From NCBI GenBank assembly GCA_965248575.1, contig CBDFJQ010000002.1:1472001-1536000 (forward strand): 64,000 nt of DNA. The letters run 5' to 3'. The notes below the pieces were generated by a model that saw nothing but the letters and a program-made list of their open reading frames with translations, ran no database searches and was not told the origin of the DNA. This DNA comes from Planctomycetota bacterium (GTDB lineage Bacteria > Planctomycetota > B15-G4). Of this stretch, positions 47,574-55,525 are shown piece by piece. The translations under genes and the position numbers were made by a program. Each line of letters starts with the position of its first letter. Within the stretch, counting starts at the first letter, position 1.

Positions 47574-47690
47574 GGCGCGTCGAAGGAGGGAGTCGGCAAC
47601 ACAACGAAGACTGCGCTTAGGGCTGCTCCCGTCAGGGCCTGACCCGGTTCACGCGCTCCGCTCGCTACCGACCCCCACCGTCGACGCGCC
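47574..47690 (-). ncRNA. ffs: Signal recognition particle RNA (4.5S)
   Basis: Minus strand reads GAACCGGGTCAGGCCC-TGAC-GGGAGCAGCCCTAAG inside a long hairpin closed by GGCGCGTCGA/TCGACGCGCC; classic position upstream of dnaX. Confidence 0.9.
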
Positions 47691-47858
47691 AGCCATCACT
47701 GATCGTTCATCGGGTCCAGGCGCGACGCCCAGGGTGCCGCCTGACCGATGAAGGCGCGCCCTCCGAGAGGGCCTTGTTGATTCCAGGGTCTCTCGAAAGA
47801 CCCCTCCTGCTCCTCCTGGCCCTCCACCACGGGAGATCCCCAGGAAGCACGACGTGAG

Positions 47859-47947
<89 letters not shown>

Positions 47948-48034
47948 ACAACACATCGTGTGCCTGCAAACTCGTCTTCGTGCGCACCCGCCAGAGGCAG
48001 GTCGTGTCCGGCGTCCCCCCGCGCTCGGGGGAGT

Positions 48035-48126
48035 TGGCGGAGAGGGTGGGATTCGAACCCACGGAACGGTTTGACCCGTTCACTCGCTTTCCAAGCGAGC
48101 ACAATCGGCCACTCTGTCACCTCTCC
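48035..48126 (-). tRNA. tRNA-Ser(GGA)
   Basis: CTCGC-TTGGAAA-GCGAG anticodon arm, long variable arm, encoded CCA. Confidence 0.96.
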
Positions 48127-48172
48127 GCATGGACCGCCATTCGGTCACGCGGGACGCGATGACCGGCCGGGC

Positions 48173-48200
48173 ATTGTAGGGACGAATCTCTTTCGCTCAA
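48173..48200 (-). promoter_or_regulatory. Putative sigma70 promoter for the tRNA-Ser pair (TTGAGC-16nt-TACAAT)
   Basis: Near-consensus -10 followed by a GC-rich discriminator, about 45 nt upstream of tRNA-Ser(GGA). Confidence 0.5.
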
Positions 48201-48703
48201 CCGTGTGTGTCCGGCTTCCTTCGCCGAGCGGCAAAGAAGTCCACCAGCAGCTGCCCGCAGCGCTCGGCCTCAAGGGGCTCGTGGACCGACACCCTGTGAT
48301 TCAGCCGAGGGTCCCTGACCACGTCCCGCAGGGAGCCACACGCTCCAGTCTTGGGGTCCGTGGCCCCGAAGACCAGGTGATCGACCCGCGCGAGCACGAT
48401 GGCGCCGGCACACATGGCGCAGGGCTCCAAGGTGACCGCCAGCAGGCAGCCCGGGGGGAGGCGAGCCGCACCCAGCCGGGCGCAGGCCGCCGTCAGTGCG
48501 AGCCGCTCGGCATGAGCCGTGGGGTCCGAGCGCTTCAGGATCTCGTTGTGCGCGCGCGCCAGACAGCTTCCATCAGGAGCCATAACGACAGCTCCCACAG
48601 GGACTTCCGCCATTTCGGCCGCGTGTTCTGCCTGCTCCAGGGCCCACAAAAGGGCTTGGCGACGTAGAGCTAGCTCAGGCTCGGGAGGACGGTCTGGCAG
48701 CAT
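48197..48703 (-). CDS. tadA: tRNA adenosine(34) deaminase
   Basis: EVPVGAV, DPTAHAE, TLEPCAMCAGA and DPKTGA motifs; start ATG 48703. Confidence 0.93.
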   Translation of the reverse strand: MLPDRPPEPELALRRQALLWALEQAEHAAEMAEVPVGAVVMAPDGSCLARAHNEILKRSDPTAHAERLALTAACARLGAARLPPGCLLAVTLEPCAMCAGAIVLARVDHLVFGATDPKTGACGSLRDVVRDPRLNHRVSVHEPLEAERCGQLLVDFFAARRRKPDTHG

Positions 48704-48786
48704 GGTCTCGAGCTCGTTCAGGCAGGCACACCTGCCGGGCACGGACGCCCGCATGCCCGGCGTCGTCCAGAAGCCGGACGTGGCAG

Positions 48787-48863
<77 letters not shown>

Positions 48864-48922
48864 ATCCGACACTGCCGCGTGCCGAACCCCCAATGGGTGG
48901 GACCGACACGACGAGCGCCAAG

Positions 48923-48951
48923 AGAGAACATTCCGCCGCGCCCCATGTCAA
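48923..48951 (-). promoter_or_regulatory. Putative sigma70 promoter for tRNA-Arg/tadA (TTGACA-17nt-TTCTCT)
   Basis: Perfect -35, 17-nt spacer and a weak -10, 60 nt upstream of the tRNA. Confidence 0.4.
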
Positions 48952-49392
48952 CACCAGACGTGATGAAGGACCTCCGAAACAGGCGACCATCCCCCCGATC
49001 CGGTCGGGACTCGGTGCGATCGGGCCCAATTTTCACTGAATTCCGGAAAAAACTTTCGGGCTTCAACTTCATCCGCTGAGAGGCCCGAAACGGGAACGCA
49101 TGTCGTCGTGTACATCCCGCGCAACACGGACCGCCCAAAGGCACAGTTCGAGAAAAAACCCGACTTCCGCAGGGTTTTCCGGAACACGACGCTTGCGCGC
49201 CGCACTGCGCACAGCTCGTGAACAACTGACGTCGCCGCCTGTGGACAACTCGTGTGTCACACCGAATCGAGTGCGTGTGTGCGGCCGAAACGCGCGCTTG
49301 GTGCTTCATCCCGTGCGCAATCCACCGATCCAATACTCGAAGGGCGCATGTGCCCCTTCACACATCCTTTTGCAAAAGGGAGGCTCCTGACC

Positions 49393-49839
49393 ATGGCTAA
49401 GAAAGCCACTCGCAAAAAAGCGACGCGCAAGAAAGCGACGCGCAAGAAAGTGACGCGCAAGAAGGCCACGCGGAAGAAGGCAACCCGCAAGAAGGCGACG
49501 CGTAAGAAGGCCACCAAGAAGAAGGCCACGCGCAAGAAGGCCACCAGGAAGACGACTCGCAAGAAGGCGACTCGTAAGAAGGCGACTCGTAAGAAGGCGA
49601 CGCGCAAGAAGGCCACGCGCAAGAAGGCCACGCGCAAGAAGGCCACGCGTAAGAAGGCCACGCGTAAGAAGGCCACGCGCAAGAAGGCGACTCGCAAGAA
49701 GGCCACCAAGAAGAAGGCCACGCGCAAGAAGGCGACTCGCAAGAAGGCCACCAAGAAGAAGGCCACGCGTAAGAAGGCGACTCGCAAGAAGGCCACCAAG
49801 AAGAAGGCCACTCGCAAGAAGGCCACGCGCCGGAAGTAG
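49393..49839 (+). CDS. Histone H1-like basic repeat protein (148 aa, KKATR repeats)
   Basis: GGGAGG RBS then ATG 49393; 28 KK(A/V)T(R/K) pentamers plus one KTTR; synonymous codon variation between units; terminator downstream. Confidence 0.88.
   Translation: MAKKATRKKATRKKATRKKVTRKKATRKKATRKKATRKKATKKKATRKKATRKTTRKKATRKKATRKKATRKKATRKKATRKKATRKKATRKKATRKKATRKKATKKKATRKKATRKKATKKKATRKKATRKKATKKKATRKKATRRK
49399..49830 (+). repeat. Coding 15-bp tandem repeat (consensus AAGAAGGCSACKCGY)
   Basis: Directly visible tandem array of about 29 units. Confidence 0.95.
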
Positions 49840-49889
49840 TCTCTTTTCGCCGCCCACAAGGCGACGAGAAACTGCTTTTCAAAGCGGAC

Positions 49890-49932
49890 GATGGGCGTCC
49901 TCTGCTTCGGCAGGGGGCGCCCATCTGCGTTT
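49890..49932 (+). terminator. Intrinsic terminator-like hairpin between convergent genes
   Basis: 16-bp stem GATGGGCGTCCTCTGC/GCAGGGGGCGCCCATC with a C(UUCG)G loop, followed by TGCGTTT. Confidence 0.7.
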
Positions 49933-49966
49933 CAGGGACTGTTCACGGCCTTGCAGGCCGGTTTCT

Positions 49967-50653
49967 TCACAGCTCGGAACCCTTCGACCCCTCCCACTGT
50001 TCCAGGAGCTCTGGGGTCAGGTGCTCAAGGGTCTCCAGGCAACACTGAGCTCCGGCTGCCTCGTGTTGCGTGCCGTCCTGGCCCGGCGCTGGGACCGCCA
50101 CGACGGTCATGCCTGCCCGCACGCCGGCCTCGACTCCGTGCACCGCATCCTCCACGACCAAGCAGGACGCGGGTGCGCAACCCAGCTGCCGCGCGGCTTC
50201 GAGAAACAGATCCGGCTCGGGCTTTCCCCGCTCAACGTCGTCAAGACACACCACGGCGCCGAGAAGCCGCCTGATTCCCAACTTGTCCACAACGAGATTG
50301 ACGGCTAGGCGACGTGACGAAGATGCCAACGCCAGTCGATAGCCTTCGGAAGAGAGGCTCAAAAGGCATGCCAGCGCACCGTGCATGGGGAGCATGGTGC
50401 CCGCCGCCATTCGGTCCAAGCTCAACCGAACGCGCTCATCCGCGAGTCGTTGGGGGTCATCGCTGAGTCCGAATCGCTCGACCAGCAGAGCGAAGAAGGC
50501 CTGCTCCGACATGCCTCGGCACGGGTCGTACTCCTCCTGCGCCAGGCTTGCACCCCGAAGCCGCAACACATCGTTGGTCGCGGCAAAGAGCACCGGCTCG
50601 CTGTCCACCAGCACTCCATCCATGTCGAACACAACGGCTTCGATGGTCACCAA
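49967..50653 (-). CDS. HAD family phosphatase (beta-PGM/CbbY-like)
   Basis: FDMDGVLVDSE, LASSS, KPEPD and VEDAVHGV motifs. Confidence 0.92.
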   Translation of the reverse strand: MVTIEAVVFDMDGVLVDSEPVLFAATNDVLRLRGASLAQEEYDPCRGMSEQAFFALLVERFGLSDDPQRLADERVRLSLDRMAAGTMLPMHGALACLLSLSSEGYRLALASSSRRLAVNLVVDKLGIRRLLGAVVCLDDVERGKPEPDLFLEAARQLGCAPASCLVVEDAVHGVEAGVRAGMTVVAVPAPGQDGTQHEAAGAQCCLETLEHLTPELLEQWEGSKGSEL

Positions 50654-50811
50654 ATCGTCTCCACGGGACTCGCCAATTGGCCTCGGGTTCTACTCGTCAC
50701 GCGTGAAACGCGTCCACTGTCCAGGCACGATTCGTGTGATTGCACTTGTCTCTGCCGCCCCATGCACTTAGAAACGGGCCGAGACGGGCCACACTCCAGC
50801 ACGAGGAGCGC

Positions 50812-52461
50812 ATGAGCACGACGGACTATGCCCCACCTGAAGAACGGGAACGCTGGGGCTCCCGACTAGGACTCATCCTGGCCATGGCCGGCAATGCCGT
50901 CGGCCTCGGCAACTTCCTGCGCTTCCCCAACCAGGCTGTGCAGAACGGACAGGGCGCCTTCATGGTGGCCTACTTCGTGAGCCTGTTGTTGCTGGGTATC
51001 CCGCTCATGTGGATGGAGTGGGGCATCGGGCGCCGAGGTGGACACTTCGGCTTCTCGACCTGCCCGGGCATGCTCCAGAGCCTGACCAAGGCGCGCTGGG
51101 TCAAATACGCCGGCGCCATCGGCGTCGTGATGCCGCTGCTGATCGTCATCTACTACGTCTACATCGAATCGTGGACGCTCGGCTACGCGGTGCAATCCGC
51201 CACCGGCGCGCTGACGGGTGAGGACCCGGGGGCACACTTCACGAAGTACCTGGGAGGCGATGGAGGTTTCCTGGGCATGGAGGCCCTGCAGGGCTCCGGC
51301 TGGGCCTATTTCTTCTTCGCGATCACGATCGGAGTCAATTTGCTCGTGCTTTCGCGCGGGCTCTCCAAGGGCATCGAGCTCATCGCGAAGATCGGCATGC
51401 CCGTGCTGTTGATCTGCGCCGTCGCCCTGGTCGCACGGGTGCTCACCCTGCCCGACTTCGAGGGCCGCTCGGCCATCGACGGCCTCGCCATCTACTGGAA
51501 CCCCTCCCAGTGGGGCGCGCTGTTCGACAACGCCACCGCCCAAACGCTGTTCGGCAAGGCTTCCTCAGCCATCTGGCTGGCGGCAGCAGGCCAGATCTTC
51601 TTCACCCTGTCGGTGGGATCCGGTGCGATCAACACCTATGCGTCCTACCTGACGCGGGACGACGACATCGCCCTGACCGGCCTGGCCACTGTCTCCACGA
51701 ACGAGTTCTGCGAAGTGGTGCTGGGCGGCACGCTCGCCATTCCAGCCGCCTACGTCTTCACCGGCATGTCGGGCGTCATGGAGGCCAGCAGCGGCAGCAT
51801 GGGCCTGGCGTTCATCACCATGCCCACGGTCTTCGACCAGATCCCGATCTTCGGTGGAGCCTCGGGCATCGCCGTGCTGGGCACGCTCTGGTTCGGCCTG
51901 CTGTTCGTGGCCGGGATCACGTCGTCGCTAGCGCTCTCCCAACCCGCAATGGCCTTCATGCAGGACACCATGGGGCTCACGAGGCGCAAGGCAGCTCTCA
52001 TCATCGGGGCGATCATCCTGCTCTTCGTGCAACCCGTCATCCTCATGCCGGGCGTCCTGGACGAGATCGACTACTGGGCTGGCACCTTCGGCCTCGTGCT
52101 CTTCTCCACCGTCGAGGTCGTGCTGTTCATGTGGGTCTTCGGCGCGAATCGCGCCTGGAAGGAGATCCACCACGGCGCGGACATACGCATCCCACGCATC
52201 TTCAAGGCACTGATGACCTACGTGACCCCCATCGTGCTGCTGACGATGCTCTTCATGTGGGGCAAGGACGTGGCCCTGGGGGTGCTTCAGTTCGACGTCG
52301 ACCCAGGCGGCAAGGCGTACACGGACGATTCCAAGACTGGCGCCATCGTGGGCAGGTCGTTGATGCTGGTCTTGTTCCTGTTCTTCGCTGTGCTCGTCGG
52401 TGTGGCCGCCAAGCGCGGGCGCTTCAAGGCCGTTGAGAATCTCCCTGGGGAGGACGCTTGA
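50812..52461 (+). CDS. Sodium-dependent transporter, SNF/NSS (LeuT-like) family
   Basis: RERWGSRLGLILAMAGNAVGLGNFLRFP and AAAGQIFFTLSVG motifs; GAGGAG RBS before ATG 50812. Confidence 0.95.
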   Translation: MSTTDYAPPEERERWGSRLGLILAMAGNAVGLGNFLRFPNQAVQNGQGAFMVAYFVSLLLLGIPLMWMEWGIGRRGGHFGFSTCPGMLQSLTKARWVKYAGAIGVVMPLLIVIYYVYIESWTLGYAVQSATGALTGEDPGAHFTKYLGGDGGFLGMEALQGSGWAYFFFAITIGVNLLVLSRGLSKGIELIAKIGMPVLLICAVALVARVLTLPDFEGRSAIDGLAIYWNPSQWGALFDNATAQTLFGKASSAIWLAAAGQIFFTLSVGSGAINTYASYLTRDDDIALTGLATVSTNEFCEVVLGGTLAIPAAYVFTGMSGVMEASSGSMGLAFITMPTVFDQIPIFGGASGIAVLGTLWFGLLFVAGITSSLALSQPAMAFMQDTMGLTRRKAALIIGAIILLFVQPVILMPGVLDEIDYWAGTFGLVLFSTVEVVLFMWVFGANRAWKEIHHGADIRIPRIFKALMTYVTPIVLLTMLFMWGKDVALGVLQFDVDPGGKAYTDDSKTGAIVGRSLMLVLFLFFAVLVGVAAKRGRFKAVENLPGEDA

Positions 52462-52676
52462 TGATCTGCAGCTTCCTGATCGCAGCCTTCAACCTGCTGC
52501 TCCCAGCCCTCACGTCGGCCGCCCCCACTCCCCAGGATCTGCCTGAGCCCCAAATGGACATCGGCGGCTGGATCCTGCTGGGCGTTGCCTGGACCTCCGT
52601 CACCTGCCTACTCGTGTGGTCATTCGTGAGGGTGCTGTCCGACCCAAAACCGGGCCCTGACTCCGACGCGTCATGA
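52461..52676 (+). CDS. Small membrane protein, possible accessory subunit of the SNF transporter
   Basis: TGATG overlap with the transporter stop; transmembrane helix GGWILLGVAWTSVTCLLVWSFVRVL. Confidence 0.6.
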   Translation: MICSFLIAAFNLLLPALTSAAPTPQDLPEPQMDIGGWILLGVAWTSVTCLLVWSFVRVLSDPKPGPDSDAS

Positions 52677-53119
52677 CAGGGAAGGGCGCGCGCAGACGCC
52701 TCGCCGAGCGAGCACGGCGCGAACTCCCCCACCCTGGTGACCCACGCCTGCTCCTCGACGATCTGATCGAGCAGGAACTGTCCGGCCCCGAGGTGCTCGA
52801 GGTCCTGAGCCGTACCCAGCTGGCCTGGACTCAACTCAGAGACATCGGACTGGAGCGAAGCTGGCAGAACGGCTTCGGCTGGTTTCTCGCACGGAACCTG
52901 ATGCTGTTCGGCGTGCTGGCGTTGATCTTCGTCCTGTCGAGCCGCACGCCGACTGTGCTGCTCGAAGCCGGCCTGGCGGGAGCAACGGCCTACTATCTGC
53001 TCGTCCTGCTGCTGATGCCGGTCCGCATCCGCCGCCACAAACGCCGCCGCGCAGGCATCCTGCAAGCCTACGGAGCCGACCTGGGCAGTTACCTCGACGA
53101 GCTCGAGTCGCGCTCGTGA
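52673..53119 (+). CDS. Hypothetical membrane protein
   Basis: ATGA overlap with the upstream ORF; two transmembrane segments. Confidence 0.6.
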   Translation: MTGKGARRRLAERARRELPHPGDPRLLLDDLIEQELSGPEVLEVLSRTQLAWTQLRDIGLERSWQNGFGWFLARNLMLFGVLALIFVLSSRTPTVLLEAGLAGATAYYLLVLLLMPVRIRRHKRRRAGILQAYGADLGSYLDELESRS

Positions 53120-53135
53120 TTCGAGCTGCAGACTC

Positions 53136-54413
53136 CTAGCCAGGAGCCTGCCCGAGATCGAGCAGCTCGCCATGCTCCCGGCTGAGCTCCCCCTCCACAC
53201 AGGACAGAAGCAAGCCGCGCTGATCCAGCTGGGTGTGCAGCCTGACCGGCCCACGCCACAACGCCGCGAGGTTCTTCAAGGTCTGTTCGGCCGCATCCAT
53301 TTGCAGCTCGGCACCGCTCCAGCACTGCTCGAGTTCCAGCTCGGGGCCATCGGTCGACAGCATGCGGATCACGGGCTGCCCACCGTTGGTGAGTTGGGCC
53401 AGCAACTGCTCACGCGCCTCGGCGCAGCTTTCCGCGTCCTGGCCCAGACGGTGCGCGAGACAGAACTCATCGTCGAGGAAGTTGTCCACGAAGGTCAGGT
53501 CGTTGTGGATGGCACGGACCTCGTACAACTTCGACAACCCCTGCTCACCGCCACCGTGCGTGCGGTGCACATGACCGAAGAGTTCGATGCCCATCTTGTA
53601 GGGGTTCATGGGGCCGTCATCGCCACCCATGGCACCGCTGTGCTGGTCGGCGTAGTCCACGACCTCTGCGTCCCGCAGCAGCTCACCCGTCATCAGCCGG
53701 CTGTGCCAGAAGCTCGCCCAGCCCTCGTTCATGATCTTGGTCAACATCTGGGGCAGGAAGTAGTAGGTCTCGTCACGCAGCATTTCGAGCACCTCGGCTT
53801 CCCATGCCTCCAGGGGCGCGTCGCGCAGCAAGCGGCCCAGGACATCGCGCTCGCTGACACCCTGGTCACCGTCGAGCGGCGGCGCGTTGCCCGGACGTCC
53901 ACGGGCCCGGTCCAGGGCGCCATGGTCCACCAGGTTGTCCACGCTGTGCACCCGGTCGATGAAGCTCTCCACGCGCTCCATGCCGTGCCGGTCACCGAGC
54001 GCACGGATGCGTGCCCCGTGGCTCGCCAGCACGTCCATCATGTTGCCGTCGGTGTGCGAGAACCAGGCGTTGTTCGCGAAGAAGTCGGCGTGCCCACAGA
54101 CGTGAGCCATGACGAGCTTCTGCTCCACCGGCGAGTTCTGGCTGAGCAGGTAGGCCACGACGGGCCGGGTGTTCACCACCAACTCGTAGATCCGCTGGAG
54201 CCCGTAGGTGTGGCCCTTGATCAGGCGGTCGTACTCCATGCCGAAGCGCCAGTACGGGTAGCGCACCGGGAAACCGCCTAAGGCCGCGATCTCATTGAGC
54301 TGCTGGTGGTCCACCATCTCGTAGGTGATTTCGGGAAACTCCAGCCCGAAGGAGCCCGCCAAGGCCTCCACCTCGGCTTGCAGCGCCCGCAGTCCTGGCG
54401 AAATGCCCGACAT
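53136..54413 (-). CDS. spoVR: SpoVR/YcgB family protein
   Basis: GFPVRYPYWRFG, IYELVVN, AHVCGHADFF, TKIMNEGWASFWH and NPYKMG motifs; start ATG 54413. Confidence 0.93.
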   Translation of the reverse strand: MSGISPGLRALQAEVEALAGSFGLEFPEITYEMVDHQQLNEIAALGGFPVRYPYWRFGMEYDRLIKGHTYGLQRIYELVVNTRPVVAYLLSQNSPVEQKLVMAHVCGHADFFANNAWFSHTDGNMMDVLASHGARIRALGDRHGMERVESFIDRVHSVDNLVDHGALDRARGRPGNAPPLDGDQGVSERDVLGRLLRDAPLEAWEAEVLEMLRDETYYFLPQMLTKIMNEGWASFWHSRLMTGELLRDAEVVDYADQHSGAMGGDDGPMNPYKMGIELFGHVHRTHGGGEQGLSKLYEVRAIHNDLTFVDNFLDDEFCLAHRLGQDAESCAEAREQLLAQLTNGGQPVIRMLSTDGPELELEQCWSGAELQMDAAEQTLKNLAALWRGPVRLHTQLDQRGLLLSCVEGELSREHGELLDLGQAPG

Positions 54414-54415
54414 GC

Positions 54416-55525
54416 CTAGAGCCCCTTGCCGAGGAACGTCTTGATGGCCGGCAGGATGCCGTCGCGATCCAGGATCTCGCTGCTGATCACATTGGCCTCG
54501 CTGCTGACGGCGGCCTCCAGGTCCTTCATGAACTGCCCGGATCCGTAGGCGCTCTTCACCTGTCCGTAGCAGAACATGTTCACGCTCGGCAGCAGGTGCT
54601 CGCGCAAGAGCGCCAGGCACTTCTCGGTGTCGCGGCCACTCCAGTTGTCGCCGTCCGAGAAATGGAACAGGTAGACGTTCCAATCGGAGGCGGGGAACTG
54701 TGTCTCCAACATGCTCGCCGCGAGTTCATAGGCGGAGCTGATCTTCGTGCCGCCGGACTCGCGCAAGCGATAGAAGGTGTCCTGGTCGACCTCTTTCGCC
54801 GAGGCGTCATGCACCATGTAGCGCGTCTCGAGGCTGCTGTACTGGCTGCGCAACCAGGTGTCGATCCAGAAGGACACCAGCCGCACGATCTCCTTCTGTT
54901 CCCGGCCCATCGAGCCCGAGACGTCCATCATGTAGAGGATCATGGCAGCGTGATCCGGCTTGCTGACCTCCCGGAAGCTGCGGTAGCGGAAATCGTCGGC
55001 GATGGGCGAGAGTCGTGGATTGCACGAGTCGTAGGAGTTGTCACCGATCTGACGCTTCAGGGTCTCCTTGATCGTGCGCCGCATATGCCGCAAGGAGCGC
55101 GGGCCCTGACGACCGATGCTGTTGTACTTGTTGCTCTTGACCTCGACCTGGGCACGACCGCGGGGCTGGATGTTGGGAAGCTCCAACTCGTCGCCAAGGA
55201 TGGCCGCCATCTCTTCCAGGCGTAGCTCGACCTCCAGCAGGTGCTGACCCGCAGCGTTGCCTGCACTCCCAACGGCTTCAGTCTCGCCGCTGGAGCCCTC
55301 GCCATCGCCATCCCCCTCGCTCGCCTTGTTGCCCGAGCTGTTCGAACCGTACCGAAGACGCGGCAGCTCGATGCGCGGCACGGGGATGGACACGAGCTGC
55401 CGCCCCCGTCGCCCGATCATCTCGCTGCCTGTGACGTAGCGCTTCAGATCACGCTTGATCTGTCCACGGACGATCTCGTCGAAGCGCCGCCGATCCCGTT
55501 CGATGCGCCCGCCATGCTCGGTCAC
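54416..55525 (-). CDS. yeaH: YeaH/YhbH (DUF444) vWA-like protein
   Basis: ELELPNIQP, DFRYR, MMDVSGSM, ESGGTKISSAY and HFSDGDNW motifs. Confidence 0.93.
   Translation of the reverse strand: MTEHGGRIERDRRRFDEIVRGQIKRDLKRYVTGSEMIGRRGRQLVSIPVPRIELPRLRYGSNSSGNKASEGDGDGEGSSGETEAVGSAGNAAGQHLLEVELRLEEMAAILGDELELPNIQPRGRAQVEVKSNKYNSIGRQGPRSLRHMRRTIKETLKRQIGDNSYDSCNPRLSPIADDFRYRSFREVSKPDHAAMILYMMDVSGSMGREQKEIVRLVSFWIDTWLRSQYSSLETRYMVHDASAKEVDQDTFYRLRESGGTKISSAYELAASMLETQFPASDWNVYLFHFSDGDNWSGRDTEKCLALLREHLLPSVNMFCYGQVKSAYGSGQFMKDLEAAVSSEANVISSEILDRDGILPAIKTFLGKGL

Noticed and set aside
49399..49830. Tandem array considered as a CRISPR array
   Set aside because: Contiguous 15-bp units with no unique spacers and no cas genes.
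49257..49924. Antisense ORFs with (VAFLR)n, (GLLAR)n and (WPSCA)n repeats
   Set aside because: They are shadows of the 15-bp repeat. The RBS, terminator and synonymous-site variation support the plus-strand KKATR frame.
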